A stretch of 64,000 bases of DNA from the human T2T-CHM13v2.0 reference genome, Homo sapiens. Location: assembly GCF_009914755.1 (NCBI RefSeq), contig NC_060939.1. The stretch is one strand, 5' to 3'. Below are positions 1 to 15,133 of this stretch, piece after piece (position 1 is the first letter of the stretch; each line of letters opens with the position of its first letter). The position numbers were made by a program, and so were the translations under genes. The notes beneath the pieces are model-generated. The model was not told the DNA's origin. It saw only the letters and a list, made by a program, of their open reading frames with translations, and did not search any database.

Positions 1-865
1 AATTCCGTCCTGGCCAGACAAACAAGGGGTCTGGGGATCCTTTCTATGGATATGAGAGGGTAAAACAGTCAAGAGGTAGTGGGATCCCCTCACAGTAGCC
101 TCTGGGGAGTTCAGTTGTGAGGCTCCCAGCTGGCTGGAATCTTGAGAGCTTGTGGTTGTGGAGAGTATGAGAGGAGGAAGGGGAAGAATACCGTGGACTC
201 TGTTTTATGATGGAAGTCTAAATCACCCCTGGCTGCTTTTATCGCAGAGGCCTGGATCTGCTGTTTGCCCTCAGTCATCCCTGCCTGTCTTATCCAGACT
301 TCAGCAGAGTCTCTCAAGAACATGGGTCTCCTGGTCTCAAAGCTGTGGCTTCACAACAGAGCTCCCATTCTCAGCATGGGAAGGTTTTCTGTTGGTGGTT
401 GTTTTGCTCTGCTTTTCGCCTGTAAGATCCGTTCCACAACATACAGGGAATTTCTTTTGATGGTATCTCTACATCCAATCAGTCATATCTCAGTGCATGT
501 TTATAGGCCTCACAATGCCTGGGCTAAAGCCAGAATGTCTAAAGCCAGCCAGTATGTGAGGAATGGGGGCTTTGATGTGCAACCGTTGCATCTTGGGTGA
601 GTCCAACAGGCCAGGCTCAGGTCCCTGGAGACTTGGGTGCCCCATACATCTCTCTTCCCTCTTTGTCACCATCTTAAGGTAGACTGGCCACTTCAGGCCT
701 TGTTCCCTTTAATCAAATGCACTTTCAAAAGCCCAGATCTGATCATCTTACTCTGGCTCAAACTTTTTTCTCTGCAACAAAAACTCTAAAATCCTTTACT
801 TGATATTTCAAGTCTTGATTGGGCCTTTAAAATGATATTCTGTTGCTGTCAACATCATTGTTGTT

Positions 866-2706
866 GTTGTTTTGTTTTTGTTTTTTAAATTTTTTTTTAT
901 TTCCTTAAGTTACTGGGGAACAGGTGGTGTTTGGTTACATGAGTAAGTTCTTTGGTGGTGATTTGTGAGATTTTGGTGCACCCATCACCCGAACAGTATA
1001 CACTGCACCCTATTTGTAGTCTTTTATCCCTCACTCCCTTCCCATCCTTTCCGCCTGAGTCCCCAAAGTCTATTGTGTCATTCTTATACCTTGGCATCCT
1101 CATAGCTTAGCTCTCACATATCGGTGAGAACATACGATGTTTGGTTTTCCATTCCTGAATTTCTTCACTTTGAATAGTAGTCTCCAGTCTCACCCAGGTG
1201 GCTTTGAATGCCATTATTTCATTCCTTTTTATGGCTTAGTAGTATTCCATCATATATATATATATGCGCCACAGTTTCTCTATCCACTCGTTGATCGATG
1301 GGCATTTGGGTTGGTTCCACATTTTTGCAATTGTACATTTTGCTGCTATAAACATGTGTGTGCAAGTATCTTTTCCATATAATGACTTCTTTTTTTCTGG
1401 GTAGATACCCAGTAGTGGGATTGCTAGATCAAAAAGTAGTTCCACTTTTAGTTCTTTAAGGAATCTCCACACTGTTTTCCATAGTGGTTGTACTAATTTA
1501 CATTCCCACCAGCAGAGTAGAAGCGTTCCCTGATTACCACATCCACACCAACATCTACTGTTTTTTGATTTTTTAATTATGGCCATTCTTGTAGAGGTAA
1601 GGTGGTTTTGATTTGCATTTCCCTGACCATAAGTGATGTTGAGCATTTTTTTCATGTTTGTTGGCCATTTGCATGTCTTCTTTTGAGAATTGTCTATTCA
1701 TGTCCTTGGCCCATTTTTTGATGGAATTGTTTTTTTTTTTTTTTCTTGTTGATTTGTTTGAGTTCATTGTAGATTCTGGGTATTAGTCCTTTGTCAGATT
1801 CATATATTGTGAAGATTTTTTTCCACTCTGTGAGTTGTCTGTTTACTCTACTGACTGTTCCTTTTTTCATGCAAAAGCTCTTTAGTTAAGTCCCAGAAAT
1901 AAATCTTTGTTTTTATTGCATTTGCATTTGGGTTCTAGGTCATGAAATCCTTGCCTAAGCCAATGTCTGGAAGGGTTTTTCCAATGTTATCTTCTAGAAT
2001 TTTTAGAGTTTCAGGTCTTAGATTTAAGTCCTTAATCCATCTTGAGTTGATTTTTGTATAAGGTGAGAGATAAGGATCCAGTTTCATTCTCCTACATGTG
2101 ACTAGTCAATTATCCCAGCACCATTTGTTGAAAAGGGTGCCCTTTCCCCACTTTATGTTTTTGTTTGCTTTGTTAAAGATCAGTTGTCTATAAGTATTTG
2201 GGTTTATTTCTGGGTTCTCTATTCCATTCCATTGGTCTATGTGCCTATTTTTTATACCAGAACCATGCTGTTTTGATGACTATGGCCTTAGAGTATAGCT
2301 TGAAATCAGGTAATGTGATGCCTCCAGATTTGTTCCTTTTGCTTAGTCTTGCTTTGGCTATGCAGGCTCCTTTTGGTTCCATGTGAATTTTAGAATTGTT
2401 TTTTCTAATTCTGTGAAGAATGATAGTGGTATTTTGATGGGAATTGCAGTGAAATTGTAGATTGCTCTTGACAGTACAGTCATTTTCACAATATTGATTC
2501 TACCCATCCATGAGCATGGGATGTGTTTCCATTTGTTTGTGTCATCTATGATTTCTTTCATTAGTGTTTTGTAGTTTTCCTCGTAGAAGTCTTTTACCTC
2601 CTTGGTTAGGTATATTCCTAAGCATTTTATTTATTTTTGCAGCTATTTTAAAAGGGGTTGAGTTCTTGGTTAGATTCTAAGCTTGGTCACTGTTGGTGTA
2701 TAGAAG
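866..2706 (-). mobile_element. 5'-truncated LINE-1 (L1PB-like): 3' part of ORF2 plus 3'UTR
   Basis: Minus-strand ORF2 peptides ([41 protein letters not shown]); L1PB-type 3'UTR; T-rich tail at about 866-900; degenerate TSD ATCATTGTTGTT/ATCATTATTGTT at about 854 and 2707. Confidence 0.88.
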
Positions 2707-3070
2707 ATCATTATTGTTTTTAACTACATTTACAGCCTCTCCTTTTGCACTGTTCAAACAAGTTTTTGCCTAAGGCTGTCGAGCACAGGCTAAGGAAAGA
2801 GAAAACAGAAAATTACACAGTAGAGGGAAGAACCTGTCCGTCTACATTTCCTTCTAATATTTTTAAAACTGTGTTGTTAAATTTTCAATCAATCTGTAAT
2901 TTACCTTTATGAAGGATTTTTGTTTCAACATGGATAGCCAAATCTCTCTACCCTATTACAGTATTCATCCTTTTCCCATTGATTGAAAACTCTTAATCTA
3001 TAATTCAAAAAAAATCCATATAGTCTTTTACAAGAATTACTATTTTATTCTTCTGATACCTTTATCTGTT

Positions 3071-3392
3071 CAAGTGGTGAGCAAATTAAAATCCACTGGT
3101 CAAATTTGGCCCACCATCCATTTTTTATACAGCCCATGAGCTAAGAATGATTTTACATTTTTTAATTGTTTAAATAAATCAAAAGAAGAATATTTCCTGA
3201 AACATAAAAATATATGAAATCAAAATTTCAGTGTCCATAAATAAAGTTTTACTGGAACACAGAACCTTCATTTGTTACATACTGTGTTTGGCAGTGTTTA
3301 CACACCTGAGCTTAGCAGTTGTAACAGAAACCGCGTGACCCACAAAGTTGAAAATATCTACTCTCCTTACAGAAAAAGTTGGATCATCCCTG
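3071..3392 (+). mobile_element. MER58B-like hAT-Charlie MITE
   Basis: Recognisable MER58 blocks (CAGCCCATGAGCTAAGAATG, AATAAAGTTTTACTGGAACACAG, TTACAGAAAAAGTT...CCCTG). Confidence 0.7.
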
Positions 3393-3462
3393 ATTTATTC
3401 CAAAACCAATATAGCATTGCTCGAATACTCTAATTGATAAATGGTTCAATACCTACTAGGCC

Positions 3463-5073
3463 ACAGAGGACTCAAGTTTCATGGGACCTAGAGCTGATAT
3501 AATTTGCAGGTCATCTTAAAAAAGAATACCGAATTACAGTAACACAATTAAGTATAAAAGTAAATACTTATTTAGAATAAGAAAAAGATCACAATAAATT
3601 ACACATTCTTAAAGGTTTTTATGAAACACTTTTTTAATTTTTTTGAAGTTTTAAAAAACTTTTTAAACATTTTTTGTTTAAAATACTACAAACATCATAC
3701 AATTCAGAAAAAATAATATACTATCCATATTAACTAACTGCCGGACACACTTCTGCTATACTTTTTTGTCCTTCCATTTTTAGGCTAAACAGAACTTGTC
3801 ACTTCCCTCAACATGATAATGATTTTGTAATATCGTCTACAGGGAGAATAAAAAGTTGGTCTAACTTTCCTTTAACATAGTTAATTAAAATGTACGTTTT
3901 TGTTTTACTATAGATAGCTTTATAAAGTTTCTTTTAGCATCATACATAGCTATTGGTATTGCCATGTAATGTTTTAAGATTTTTGCCAAATTTGGAAAAG
4001 CCTCTAGCCAATTTCACTTATACCTGAACTGTAAGGTTTTGGAGCCTTCCAAGTTTTCTCGTGCTGTAATTAATCTGATACACTCTGAACTGACAACACT
4101 CGTTAAGCATTTTCATGTCAATACTCTTGTTCTAGTGGTAAATTATAAGTGTAAGTTATTTTTGTTGACAGTGACATCTTGTGTCAAATGGGCAATAAAT
4201 GTCAATATTTTCCCAGTGTGTTTCTGTGATCCACTCATCTTCATTATTTGGCTTATCAAACGATCTATGTGCTTATTCATAACTTCTATTTAAAACATCT
4301 CTCTCTCTCATAGATAATTACCACTTTTGATGTAACCAGTGTTTTTTTTTTTACTATTTTCTCCTCCATGTCTGCATAATTTATGTTAATTTTATAACTC
4401 ATCTTTATCATTTTGGTTTCCCATTTCATTTATTCTTTGACTTATTTCTCTACTCTTTAATAATAAATTTTAAAATGACAAAAGAAGCTACTCTTTGCAT
4501 CCATCTAAATCAGGAGTCTATTATTTATGTCTTATTGAACTGTTCCAACACTCCTTCCAAATTACAGTTAAAAGAGTGTATTTGAGCTTTATCAACTTTA
4601 CAAATAAATTTTTCATCCACTTGCTTTCTGGTTTCTCTCTTTAAAATGAATTTTGAGTTCTGGAAATATCATTGTAAGCCTATAGCACGGCTTTAGCAAT
4701 GTGTTTAGGTCCTGGCCAAGGGGAAGTTGAGTTTGGGATAGATGTATGGAGTTTCCATCATTTCTGTGTATGACTTGGTTAATACTAAGCCATCCAACGT
4801 AGCCAAAGCCCCCAGCAACCGCCATGGTGCCACCACCCATCCTGAACCCATTCTGCCACTACTCCAGCATGGGACCAAGTTCAAGTGTGATTGCATGGAA
4901 GGCTGAGCCAAAAAATAAATGTGCTTGGGAAATCTTATTTTGGCAACTTTTACAAAAACATAAGACCATAACATGTCAGCACATAGCCACATGCCTCCCT
5001 GGTCCTAGAGAGGGGCCAAGCAAGTGAAGAGTCCTGATATTCAAGTTTGTTAGTTCCATGAGAAATCCAGCTC
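3463..5073. mobile_element. Old hAT-Tip100 DNA transposon relic (Zaphod/MER115-like)
   Basis: Left end resembles the Zaphod/MER115 terminus (AAGAATAC...AAGTAAATACTTATTTAGAATAAGAAAAAGATCACAATAAATTAC); degenerate inverted terminus near 5062-5073; family recognised by eye. Confidence 0.45.
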
Positions 5074-5149
5074 TGCTAGTGGGGCATGTTTCCCTTCATT
5101 GTCTATTCTCAAAGTTGCCTTGGGTCTACATTTTCCCTCTTTTCTATAT

Positions 5150-6600
5150 ACTTGATTGTCAATGTGTCAAGTTCCATGAAAAACCTTTAGGATTTTATTG
5201 GGATTGCATTGACATTATGGATAAATTTGGGTTCTGTTCTCATCCTTCCAACACCACATCTCATCAAGAATGAGTTATATTTGTTCACTCCTTCAGGCCT
5301 TTTTTACATCTTTCAATAAAGTTTTGCATTTCTCACAATATATGATTTTCACTTACTTGCTCTCTAACTATCTATTTTTGTTTGTGGATCTTAAATCATA
5401 TTACTAAATTTCTTGTTAGTTCTAATATTTGCCAGTAGCCTAGGCAGAGGATTATATTGTCTGCTCATAAAAAGGATATTTTTGTCTCTGCTTCCCTGAT
5501 ATTTATAACCTTTCTTCTTTCCTGTCTTCATCATATAGGGCTTGAAGTACAGTGCTAATGTTTCCAGCAGATTCCTTAATCTTGTGAAGGGAGTTGCTCT
5601 CTATTTCTGGTTTCCTAAGAGGCTTCTTTTGATTAGTGAGTTTTTTATTTGTTTGAAATGGATGTTGAATGAAAACACATATTTGTTTTTTATGTGCATT
5701 GGCTTAAGCAAATAACTTTTCCTTTGTCTATTAGTGCAGTTATTTACGTGAGTAATTTTTCTAATACTTCTTTGACTTTTAATTTTTTCTTAGTAAAGGT
5801 AGATTTTCCTTTTAACATTTCAGTGGAATAAATTTGATAATATATCATTTAATATATTTGTGTTTATTTTTACAAATAAGACTGAATTACTATTTCTTTC
5901 CCACATGCTATCATTATCAAGTTTTGGTATTGGAATGAAGTGAGCCTCTTAAATGAGCTATCTGCCTTTCTATATCTTTATATTCTCTAGAAAAATTTGT
6001 GTAATACAGGAATTACCTTTCTTTTAAATGTTTTCTAGGACTAATTTACAAAGTTGCCTAGGCCTAGTGTGATTTTTAGAGATAAATCTCTGACTACCTT
6101 TAAACTTTCTTCTATATTTATTCTATACTTGGATTTCTTATTTCATAAGCCAATGTGGTAAGGAATATTTTCTTGAAAAATCATATGTATTGTATCTATA
6201 TTTGCAACACAATTAGTATTTGCTTATAATTTTCAATTCATCTGCAGCTTTGTCTCCTTTTTAAATGCAATTGTTTATTTATGTCATAACTCATCTTTCA
6301 TTAAGTAAATGCCAAAATTTGTGTATTTCATCGGTCCTTTTAAGAAACAACTTTAGGTTTTTTGACCAAATTTACTTATTGTGTTGCTTGACTTTCTTTT
6401 AATTAATTTATTACTCCATGGAGGAGGTAGAGTCGTTAGTATTCTTTTCTTAGCTTCTTGAGGGAGAAACTTTGTTTACTAAGATTTGATTTCTTGCTAA
6501 CTAATAAATGCACTTAAGCTACAGATTTTCCTCTGGAACTTATCTGGCCACATCTCACAGGTTTTCTACTTAATGTTCCTGTTGTGGCTTTATTCTAGTC
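5150..6600 (-). mobile_element. Highly degraded old LINE-1 (L1M-type) fragments
   Basis: T-rich L1 antisense-like phrases (TTTTATTGGGATTGCATTGA, CAAGTTTTGGTATT). Confidence 0.5.
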
Positions 6601-6682
6601 TTGGAAATGCAAAAATATTTTCTAAACATGATACAAATCATTTAAGCATTAAGAGGAAAAATTGATAAATTTTACTACATCA

Positions 6683-6980
<298 letters not shown>

Positions 6981-7319
6981 CTAAAAAACAGTTTTACTAC
7001 ATCAATATTAAAATATTCTACAGTTTAAAAGACAAAAACAGACTTGAAAATAATATTTTCTTTATATAGAATAATTAAATATCTATATTAATTTAAATAA
7101 AAATAAATAGTAATTTCAATACGTCAGTAAAAAACAAACCAATATAATACTGGACAGAATTTTACAGAAAAGGAGATAAAATAAGTATTCAGTAAATACC
7201 CCAAGTAACCAGCTAAATGAAAACAAAAGCAACAGAATGAAACTGTTTCTCATTCAATAGATTTGCAAAGGGGGAATCCCAGGAAGGAGAGAATAAGAGA
7301 GGTAGAGCCTGAAAGTTTG

Positions 7320-10080
7320 TGTGTAAAGAAAATTCAACAGCCATTCAGTATAAAAACTCTCAGCAATCTTGGACTAGAAGTGAGCTTTTTCATCTGATAA
7401 GGGGCATTACGAAACAACCAAAAATTAACATCATCTTAACAATGAAATAGTGAATGCTTCCACCTTAAGATCAGGAAAAAAGGCCCATTCAGATTACCTC
7501 TAGTCAACACTATACTAGGTGTCTTAGCCTTTGGACTAAAGTAAGAAAATAAACTAAAAGCATAAAAGCAAAAAATAAGTAAAAGTGCCTCTATTTCTAT
7601 ATGGCAATACATATAAAGCCTCAAGCGATCCATAAACTAACTAGTTAAACTGAATGAATTCAGTAAGATCACAAAATAAAGGTAATATACAAAAGTCAAT
7701 TGTAGATTTATATTCCAGCTGCAAACACTTAGAATACAAAATCCAAACTTTAAATTACAAGTACAGCAAACTGTGTAAAACACTTAATAATAGATTTTAA
7801 GAAGATGTGCAAGATTGTACATTAAAAACTAAAAAATAGAAAAATTAAAGATTTAAATAAATGAAAAGGTATAATATGTTTATGTATTAGAAGACTCAAT
7901 ATTATTAAGATGTCAGTTCTTCACAAATTAATCTATAAATATAATTCTCAATCAAAAATCCCAGCAGGCTATTTTTGTAAGAATTAACCAGCTGTCTTTA
8001 AAATTTAAATGGAAATGCAAAAGACATAGAACATCCAAAGCAATCTTGAAAAACACAAACTTTGAAATTCTTATACTACTGATTTCAAGACTTATTATAA
8101 AGCTTCAGTAATGAAGAGAGTGTGGAATTAGTGAAAGATGGACATATAGACCACTGATCAGAATAGGAAGTCCAGAAATGGACCCAAATGTATATGGTCA
8201 ATTGATTTTTGACAGATTTACTACGGGAATTCAATGGAGAAAGAATGGTCTTTTTCCCAAATGGTGCTAGAGCATTTGGATACATATATTCAAAACAAAA
8301 ATGAACCTCAATCTTAATCAATAGAACAAAACAGAGAGCCCAGAAATAAATTCACATTTTATAGTCACTTAATTTTTGACAAGGGAGACAAAGAAATTAA
8401 ATAGTAAGAGAAATGTCTTTTTAACAAATGATACCAGAATAACTAGATGTCCATATAGGAAAAAATGGATCTCAACCCCTGCCTCACAACAAACGCAAAA
8501 ATTAATTCAAGATTTATCATAGACACAAATGTAAAAGATAAAATCATAAATATTTTAGAGGAAAACATAAAAGATTTGAGAATAGGCTAAAGTTCCTTAA
8601 TTCACAAAAAACAATTGCCATTAAAAATTGATTTCATCGAAATTAACAACTGCTTATCATAAGACACTATTAAGGAAATGCTTTGACAAGCTTCAGATTG
8701 GAAGTAAATATTTCTAAATCATTTATCTGACAAAGAACAGGTATCCTGAATATAAATATACTCTACAACCAATAATAAGAAGACAAGTCATTAAAAATGG
8801 AGGAAATATTTTAATACTTCACAAAATAAGATGTATGTATGACCAAAAAGCAGATAAAAAAGTGCTTAACATCATTAGTCATCAGAAAAATGTGAATTAA
8901 AATCATAATTAGACACCTGTACATACTTGTCAGAATGATTACTGTTAAAAATGACTGACAACACCAAATATTGGCAAGACTGTGGAACAATGGAAACTCT
9001 TATACAATGTTAGTGAGAATATAAAATGGTACAATAACTTTGGTAAAGGTCTTTCAGTTTCTTATAAACATGCACCTACTTTATGACCCAGTAATTCCAC
9101 TACTAGGTATTTACATAACAGATGTTAAAATAATATACAGAACAAGACTTGTACAATGACAGTCACAGCAGCTTTATTCATAATAACCCCAAACTGGAAG
9201 GAGCCCAGGTGTCCATCAATGGGAGAATGGATAAATACACAAGGATATATTCATACATCGGTGCAATACCCCACAATAAGAAGGAGTGGATTACTGATGC
9301 CCACAACATCCTGGATAAATCTCCAAGACATTATTCTGAGTGGCAGAAGTCTCTAACAAAAGAGACCATACTCTGAGATTCCATTGATGTAAAGTTCAAG
9401 AACAGGCAAAATTAAGCCATGGTGGAAAGTAACTAAAACAGTCATTAACTCTGGAGGACAGTAAAAATGGTGGACTGAGAAGGGAAATTTCTGAGATGAC
9501 AGCGAAGTTCAGAACCTTTATAGAAATCTGGGCATCATAAAATAGATACAGGTTTATAAAAAACTGACAGACTTTGTTCCAAAGATGTTGTACCATTTTT
9601 ACTTCCACTAGCATTGTACGAGAATTTCAGTTGTTCCAAAATCTTGCCAAGTTTGTTGTTTTCAGTCATCTTAAATTATAACCATTCTGGCCAGTATGGG
9701 CAAGTAACTAATTTTGGTTTTGTATATGCATTAGTCAAAATTCATGTGCCCTCAAGATTCGTGCATTTCATTGTATGTAAATTTTATTTCAAAGGAAGAC
9801 TATACCGTAAAGAAATGTTGAACTGGAATTGACAATATAAATGCTGAAATATTGATGCGAGAGTATACTGATACTGTACTTGACTTTGCAATGCACCAGA
9901 AATGAGATGAATTAATAGATGGATAGAGAGATGGACAACTAGGCAGAGATCTGATAAAGTGAATATACAGATTGTAATAGTAGAAGCTGAATGGTGGGTA
10001 TAAGGGTATTCTTTCAATTTTGAGATTCTTTCAGCTTTGCTAAGTGTTTGAAATTCTTTCACAGTAAAATACTAGAAAAA
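7320..10080 (+). mobile_element. Old LINE-1 (L1MB/L1MC-type) ORF2 3' part and 3'UTR, fragmented, with a short opposite-strand L1 piece at about 9540-9700
   Basis: Degenerate ORF2 peptides (AALFIITPNWKEPRCPSMGEWIN); L1MC-like 3' end near 9870-10075. Confidence 0.75.
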
Positions 10081-11929
10081 ATGAAGAAGCTTCCAACTCT
10101 TTAAATGTCTTAAGCTTGAATCTTACAGGAGCCCTCACTGCACCAACCCAGTCAGGAGTCCCCCTACAAATGAGGGAGTAGAGCCCCACGTGTCTCCCAA
10201 AGCTGTTATAAATTCAGGCAAAATGGTTTCTTCCTTTCCGTGGCCCTATTCCTTTTTAAAATGAGTCAGAATACAATGCTTTCCTTTAATGCTTAAGTGT
10301 TCACTTATGCCTTCCAAGTCATAAGAATAGTAAAGCTGAGACACAAACAAATTTGGAACTTGACAAATGCCTTTCTGTCAACAAAAAGGGAGAAGCTAGA
10401 GCCTGAGATATTATGTGCTTTGACAGAACTAGTCAATTATAGTTTTCAGAAGTAATAACCTGTAGTCGTCAAAAAAATATATCGGATGTACATGGAGAGC
10501 CAGAGTTTACCTCCAATCCATCTATTAATGCTGTCAGGCTGAACAATCTGCTTCTGGGAGTTAAAAGTCTTTGTAAAGGGATTGTCTGTAGCATGGGATC
10601 TGGAGATGGCTGACAGGAGAGCTGCAGGTAGGAGCTTGAGTTAGAGAGAAACATAGTACTGAGAGAGGAGTTGAGAGCCAGTGTGATTAAGGTCACCACA
10701 AAATTGGCTTCAAAGCCTCTCTAACATGATCTTTGGTTGGCTTGCTTTGGAGTCCACAAGCCCCAGATTTTTCTGTTCAGTGTCAATGTCAGGCACTTGT
10801 CTTGTTTGGTTAAAGGCAGCACAAAAATGCATAACTAAACATGAGTTCCTCTGGATGTGTTTGCTAAAAGTCTGTCACAGTGAGAAATTACTACATCAGA
10901 AAAAAAAGTTGTTGAACAAGCATCACACTAATTTTCTTGTTTGAAAAGCAATCATCGGAGTAGCAATAATGGTATTAGGAACTCCTATGTATTGGGTCCC
11001 ATGGGACCCAGTGGGATGTGCTGCATCATGCACTTTGCCTACACTACCTCCAAACCTCAAAACTTACCATGGATGTCAGCTTCACACATTGGAAAACCAA
11101 AGCTCAAAGTGGGTTAGCACTCCACATCACCCAGCAGGTAAGCAGTGGGGCCAGTTTGAATCAAATCTGCCTGTCTCCAAAATCCATATTCTTTCTATTT
11201 CGCACCCTTCGTGCATCCTTTGACCATTCTACTTCCATACTATATTTGTGTCCACCCCACTGAAGACCGGGGATTCGGGTGGTCTCATTATTTAAATAGT
11301 ACCACCAGCCATGTCATTCACCATTGTCTTGAAGGCAACCTCAGGCCCCAATATACCAGGCTTGTACCCAGAAAGCCAAATTGAGACAGGGCCTCCCTGG
11401 ACTGCAGGGCAGAACTCAGCCCTCCTATCTCTAGAAAATGCAAGATGTGTCTTTTACCTTGAAGGCTTGGGGTGAGAGCTGGCGCAAGAGCTTCCTGGGT
11501 ATAATGGGCATGTTCCAGGAGTTTCATACCAGTGAAGTGAATCGCTCTGTGAAGCATCCCACTCTTACACTACCCACAGTCCCATGAATTAAACACACAG
11601 CGATATGCAGGTCAAGGTCGTGGTCATCTACGATGGCTGGATATGACTCCCAAGTGAGTCAGTCATTAGCTCAGGAAATTCCCCAAGTCCTGTAACCTAA
11701 CTTGACTTAACCAACTACATTTTCTTGGAGTTTTGCTCCATTATTAAGACTCCATGAGATTAGCAGTCTTCAGTTTCACTTTGAAGTAATGATCTTCAGC
11801 AATCAGTTTTTCCTAATTATATTAGCAAATTTCTAGAAATATGCACTCTTTAAATAAGCTTCAGCCAGCACAATATTGAGGACAAGGATGGTGACATGCA
11901 ACACATCGAGTGGGATGAATCCAGTTCTG

Positions 11930-12160
11930 AATTCAGTTTTCACTGGGTGCCTGCTCTGTGCCAGGCATAGTGCTAGATGCTTTACCTCTAGTATTTTATT
12001 TAACCTTCATAACAGCTATGCAAGGCGAATGTTATTACCCACATTTTACAGTAGAGATGGAAACTGAGAGGATGTCACTTACCTAGCTAATATATGGCAG
12101 AATCTAGATTCAAGTCCAGGTTTTACTTCCTCCAAGTGCAATGCTCTTTCCAACACATGC
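11930..12160 (-). mobile_element. MIR SINE
   Basis: MIR core (GTGCCAGGCATAGTGCTA...ATTTTACAG...GGAAACTGAG). Confidence 0.65.
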
Positions 12161-12267
12161 TTTGTTTTTAGATCGGCTAACCCTGGAAATTAAAAACTCT
12201 TATTTAAAGGGTTTAGTTTTTATGGCTTACATCAAGCAAGTGGTTATAGAAGGCCAATCCACTATGG

Positions 12268-12487
12268 CAGTGGTTCCTAACTGGGGGGAGTTTTGCTTTC
12301 CAGGGGACATTTCACAAGGTCTTGAAACATTTTTGGTTGTCACTACTGGGAAGGTGCTACTGGCATCTAGTGGGAGAGCCCAGGGATGCTGTTAAACATC
12401 CTATAATGCACAGGACAGCACCCAGCACCCCAACAACAAAGAACTATATGACTTAAATGTTAAGAGAATCAGTATGGAGAAACCCAG
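12268..12487 (+). mobile_element. MER20 hAT-Charlie DNA transposon
   Basis: CAGTGGTTCC...CAGGGGACATTT...GTGCTACTGGCATCTAGTGG...CAGGGATGCTG...GAGAAACCC; flanking ACTATGG duplication. Confidence 0.85.
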
Positions 12488-13016
12488 ACTATGGTATAAA
12501 GAGATAGGCCATGAGGGAGGGAAGAGTTGGAGAGAATTAGGAATGTATCTGAATTAATACTTACAAATATTCACTATAGCATGAGAGAAGATGTTATCTG
12601 TATCTATTCGTCTAACACTGTTTCTTTTCTAGATTCAGAAGTATTATGAAGAATCAAAGTTTGAGAACAATGATATATCATTAATGTTACAAAGCATAAA
12701 CAACACAACCAGTCACTTAACTTTTTAGGTCCCACAACCCACTTACTGTTTGGGGATTTTCAGAGCTGAACCCCACCATGGAGTTCTCAACCTGCAGGCT
12801 ATGAGACCTGAGGGTGAACAATGAAGCGAGACAGTCACACAGAGGACTTACTGCCAAAAATCTGCAAACCTGTACCTGTGTATACACGTGCTGCAGTTTT
12901 CCAAATGTTTTTGGTTGATGTCGTGATCAATAAAAGACAGACTCATTTGAAAACACTACTGAATAGGTTCACATTACTTATCTTTTATGATAAATGTATT
13001 AAAGAATAAAAGTACT

Positions 13017-13313
13017 GGCCTGGCGTAGTGGCTCACGCCTGTAATCCTAGCACTCTGGGAGGCCGAGGCGGGTGGAGCACTAGGTCAGGAGATCGAGACC
13101 ATGCTGGCTAACACAGTGAAACCCCGTCTCTACTAAAAATATAGAAAATTAGCTGGGTGTGGTGGCGGGTGCCTGTAGTCCCAGCTACTTGGGAGTCTGA
13201 GGCAGGAGAATGGCATGAATCTGGGAGGCGGAGCTTGCAGTGAGCGAAGATTGCACCACTGTACTCCAGCCTGGGCAACAGAGCAAGACTCCGTCTCAAA
13301 AAAAAAAAAAAAA
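13017..13313 (+). mobile_element. Alu (AluY-like)
   Basis: Full dimer with Y-type diagnostics (GAGATCGAGACCAT, GGCTAACAC, GGAGAATGGC, GCGGAGCTTGCAG) and poly-A tail. Confidence 0.95.
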
Positions 13314-14079
13314 GAGTTTAATTACTATTCTAGTGAATGGACAGCATTGTGACTATGGAACTAAAAGCCCTTTGTAGAAGTCTATAAACCAAAGTAGAGC
13401 ATGAGATTTCACTGGACCCAATATGGAAACTACCACTGGTGCTGGATAGCTGGATAGCTGTCAGCCTTGCGGGAGAGCATGCAGAGTTGATATAAGTTGG
13501 TGAAGCAATTTTTCTGATTAATTCTGATGTCAATCAGACTTTAACATGATAACCAGATCTGGACATTCCAAGCAGTTGCCCTTCCAAATTCCCAAAAGGA
13601 CTCCATGCCTGGTCTGTAGGACAGAGGGTGGGGCTGCACTACACCTCCATTAATGGGCTCAGCCCTGGACCCCAGTCAACACAAGTCACATCATTCCCCC
13701 ATAGAAAAAGGGTCCTCCTAACCATTTCCTGGTGGGAGCTTTATTTCCTGAGAATAAATTTGCCTGCCCCCCAATTGTATGAAGGTGAGAATGTAATTTA
13801 GAGATAGAAGAAAAGAAAGAAACTAGACTTGGAGATAATATCCTCACATAAACTTCACAGTAAAAACCAATCTGGTGGTTTCATAAGACACGTGAAACTT
13901 TAATCCTACCTAACATGTTCCTACAAAATTTTGCTAATTATCTGCCAAACGTGCAAGTGGTTTGGAAACTTACCACTGACATACAGAACGCTGCTCAAAG
14001 CCAGTGTCTGTGTGAAGCCCTATGTGAAAACACATGTACACATCCCCCAGTGCCACTGGGGCCATATTGGGATAATGGA

Positions 14080-14270
14080 CAGCTCAGGCTCTGCAGTTAG
14101 ATAGACCTGGATCAACTTCCAGCTCTAACTTGGGCTGGCTGTGTGATCACCAACCTACTACTCCACCCTACTACTACTCCAAGCCTCAGTCTTTCTCCAC
14201 TCTAAAATAGGGCTGATAAACCTATGCACAGGGCTTTTGTGAAGGTAAGAAAAAGACAATGTGTATTAAA
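14080..14270 (+). mobile_element. MIR SINE
   Basis: MIR-like blocks (TAGACCTGG...GGCTGTGTGA...AAGCCTCAGT...TAAAATAGGG). Confidence 0.55.
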
Positions 14271-14421
14271 GCCAGTGTCCTCAACCTTTAAAAGTTGTTC
14301 AGGAGTCAAACTTTCCATACAGAAAAAATACAAGGAGCTCACCCATGCTACAAGAAGGATGAAGTCCAGCTCGATATCCTTGGTTCCCAGGGTTCTTGGA
14401 GCCAAGGGAGGGGCCACTTAG

Positions 14422-14745
<324 letters not shown>

Positions 14746-14908
14746 TCACACTGTCACTTCTTACACCATATTCATATTTCTGCTTCTTCTATGCTCTCCT
14801 TTGTGGTGGATTCCCAGTCATCCTGCCAGATGGCTCAAACTTATAGCTGTCCTCCTCTCACTGCCCAACTCTGCCTCAGTCTGAAACAGCCTTTTCTCCT
14901 TATTCCTT

Positions 14909-15133
14909 AAGGGGTTCTCAACATTGGCACTGCTGATATTTGGGGCTGCATAATTGTTTGTTGTGAGGCTGTCCTGTGCAATGTAGGATGTTTGGAAACA
15001 TCTCTGGTCTCCATCCATTAGATGGGAGTAGCATCCCTCACCCAAATCATGACAACCAAAAATGTCTTCAGACATTACCTAATGGAGGACACAATTGTGG
15101 AACTCCTTCCCCCACCCCTTCCACTGATAACCA
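14909..15133 (-). mobile_element. MER20 DNA transposon
   Basis: Reverse MER20 (GGTTCTCAACATTGGCACT...GCTGTCCTGTGCAATGTAGGATGTTT...GACAACCAAAAATGTCT). Confidence 0.8.

Noticed and set aside
10993-11010. Perfect 18-bp palindrome TGGGTCCCATGGGACCCA (EBF-like site)
   Set aside because: About 0.25 such palindromes are expected by chance in 64 kb; no supporting context.
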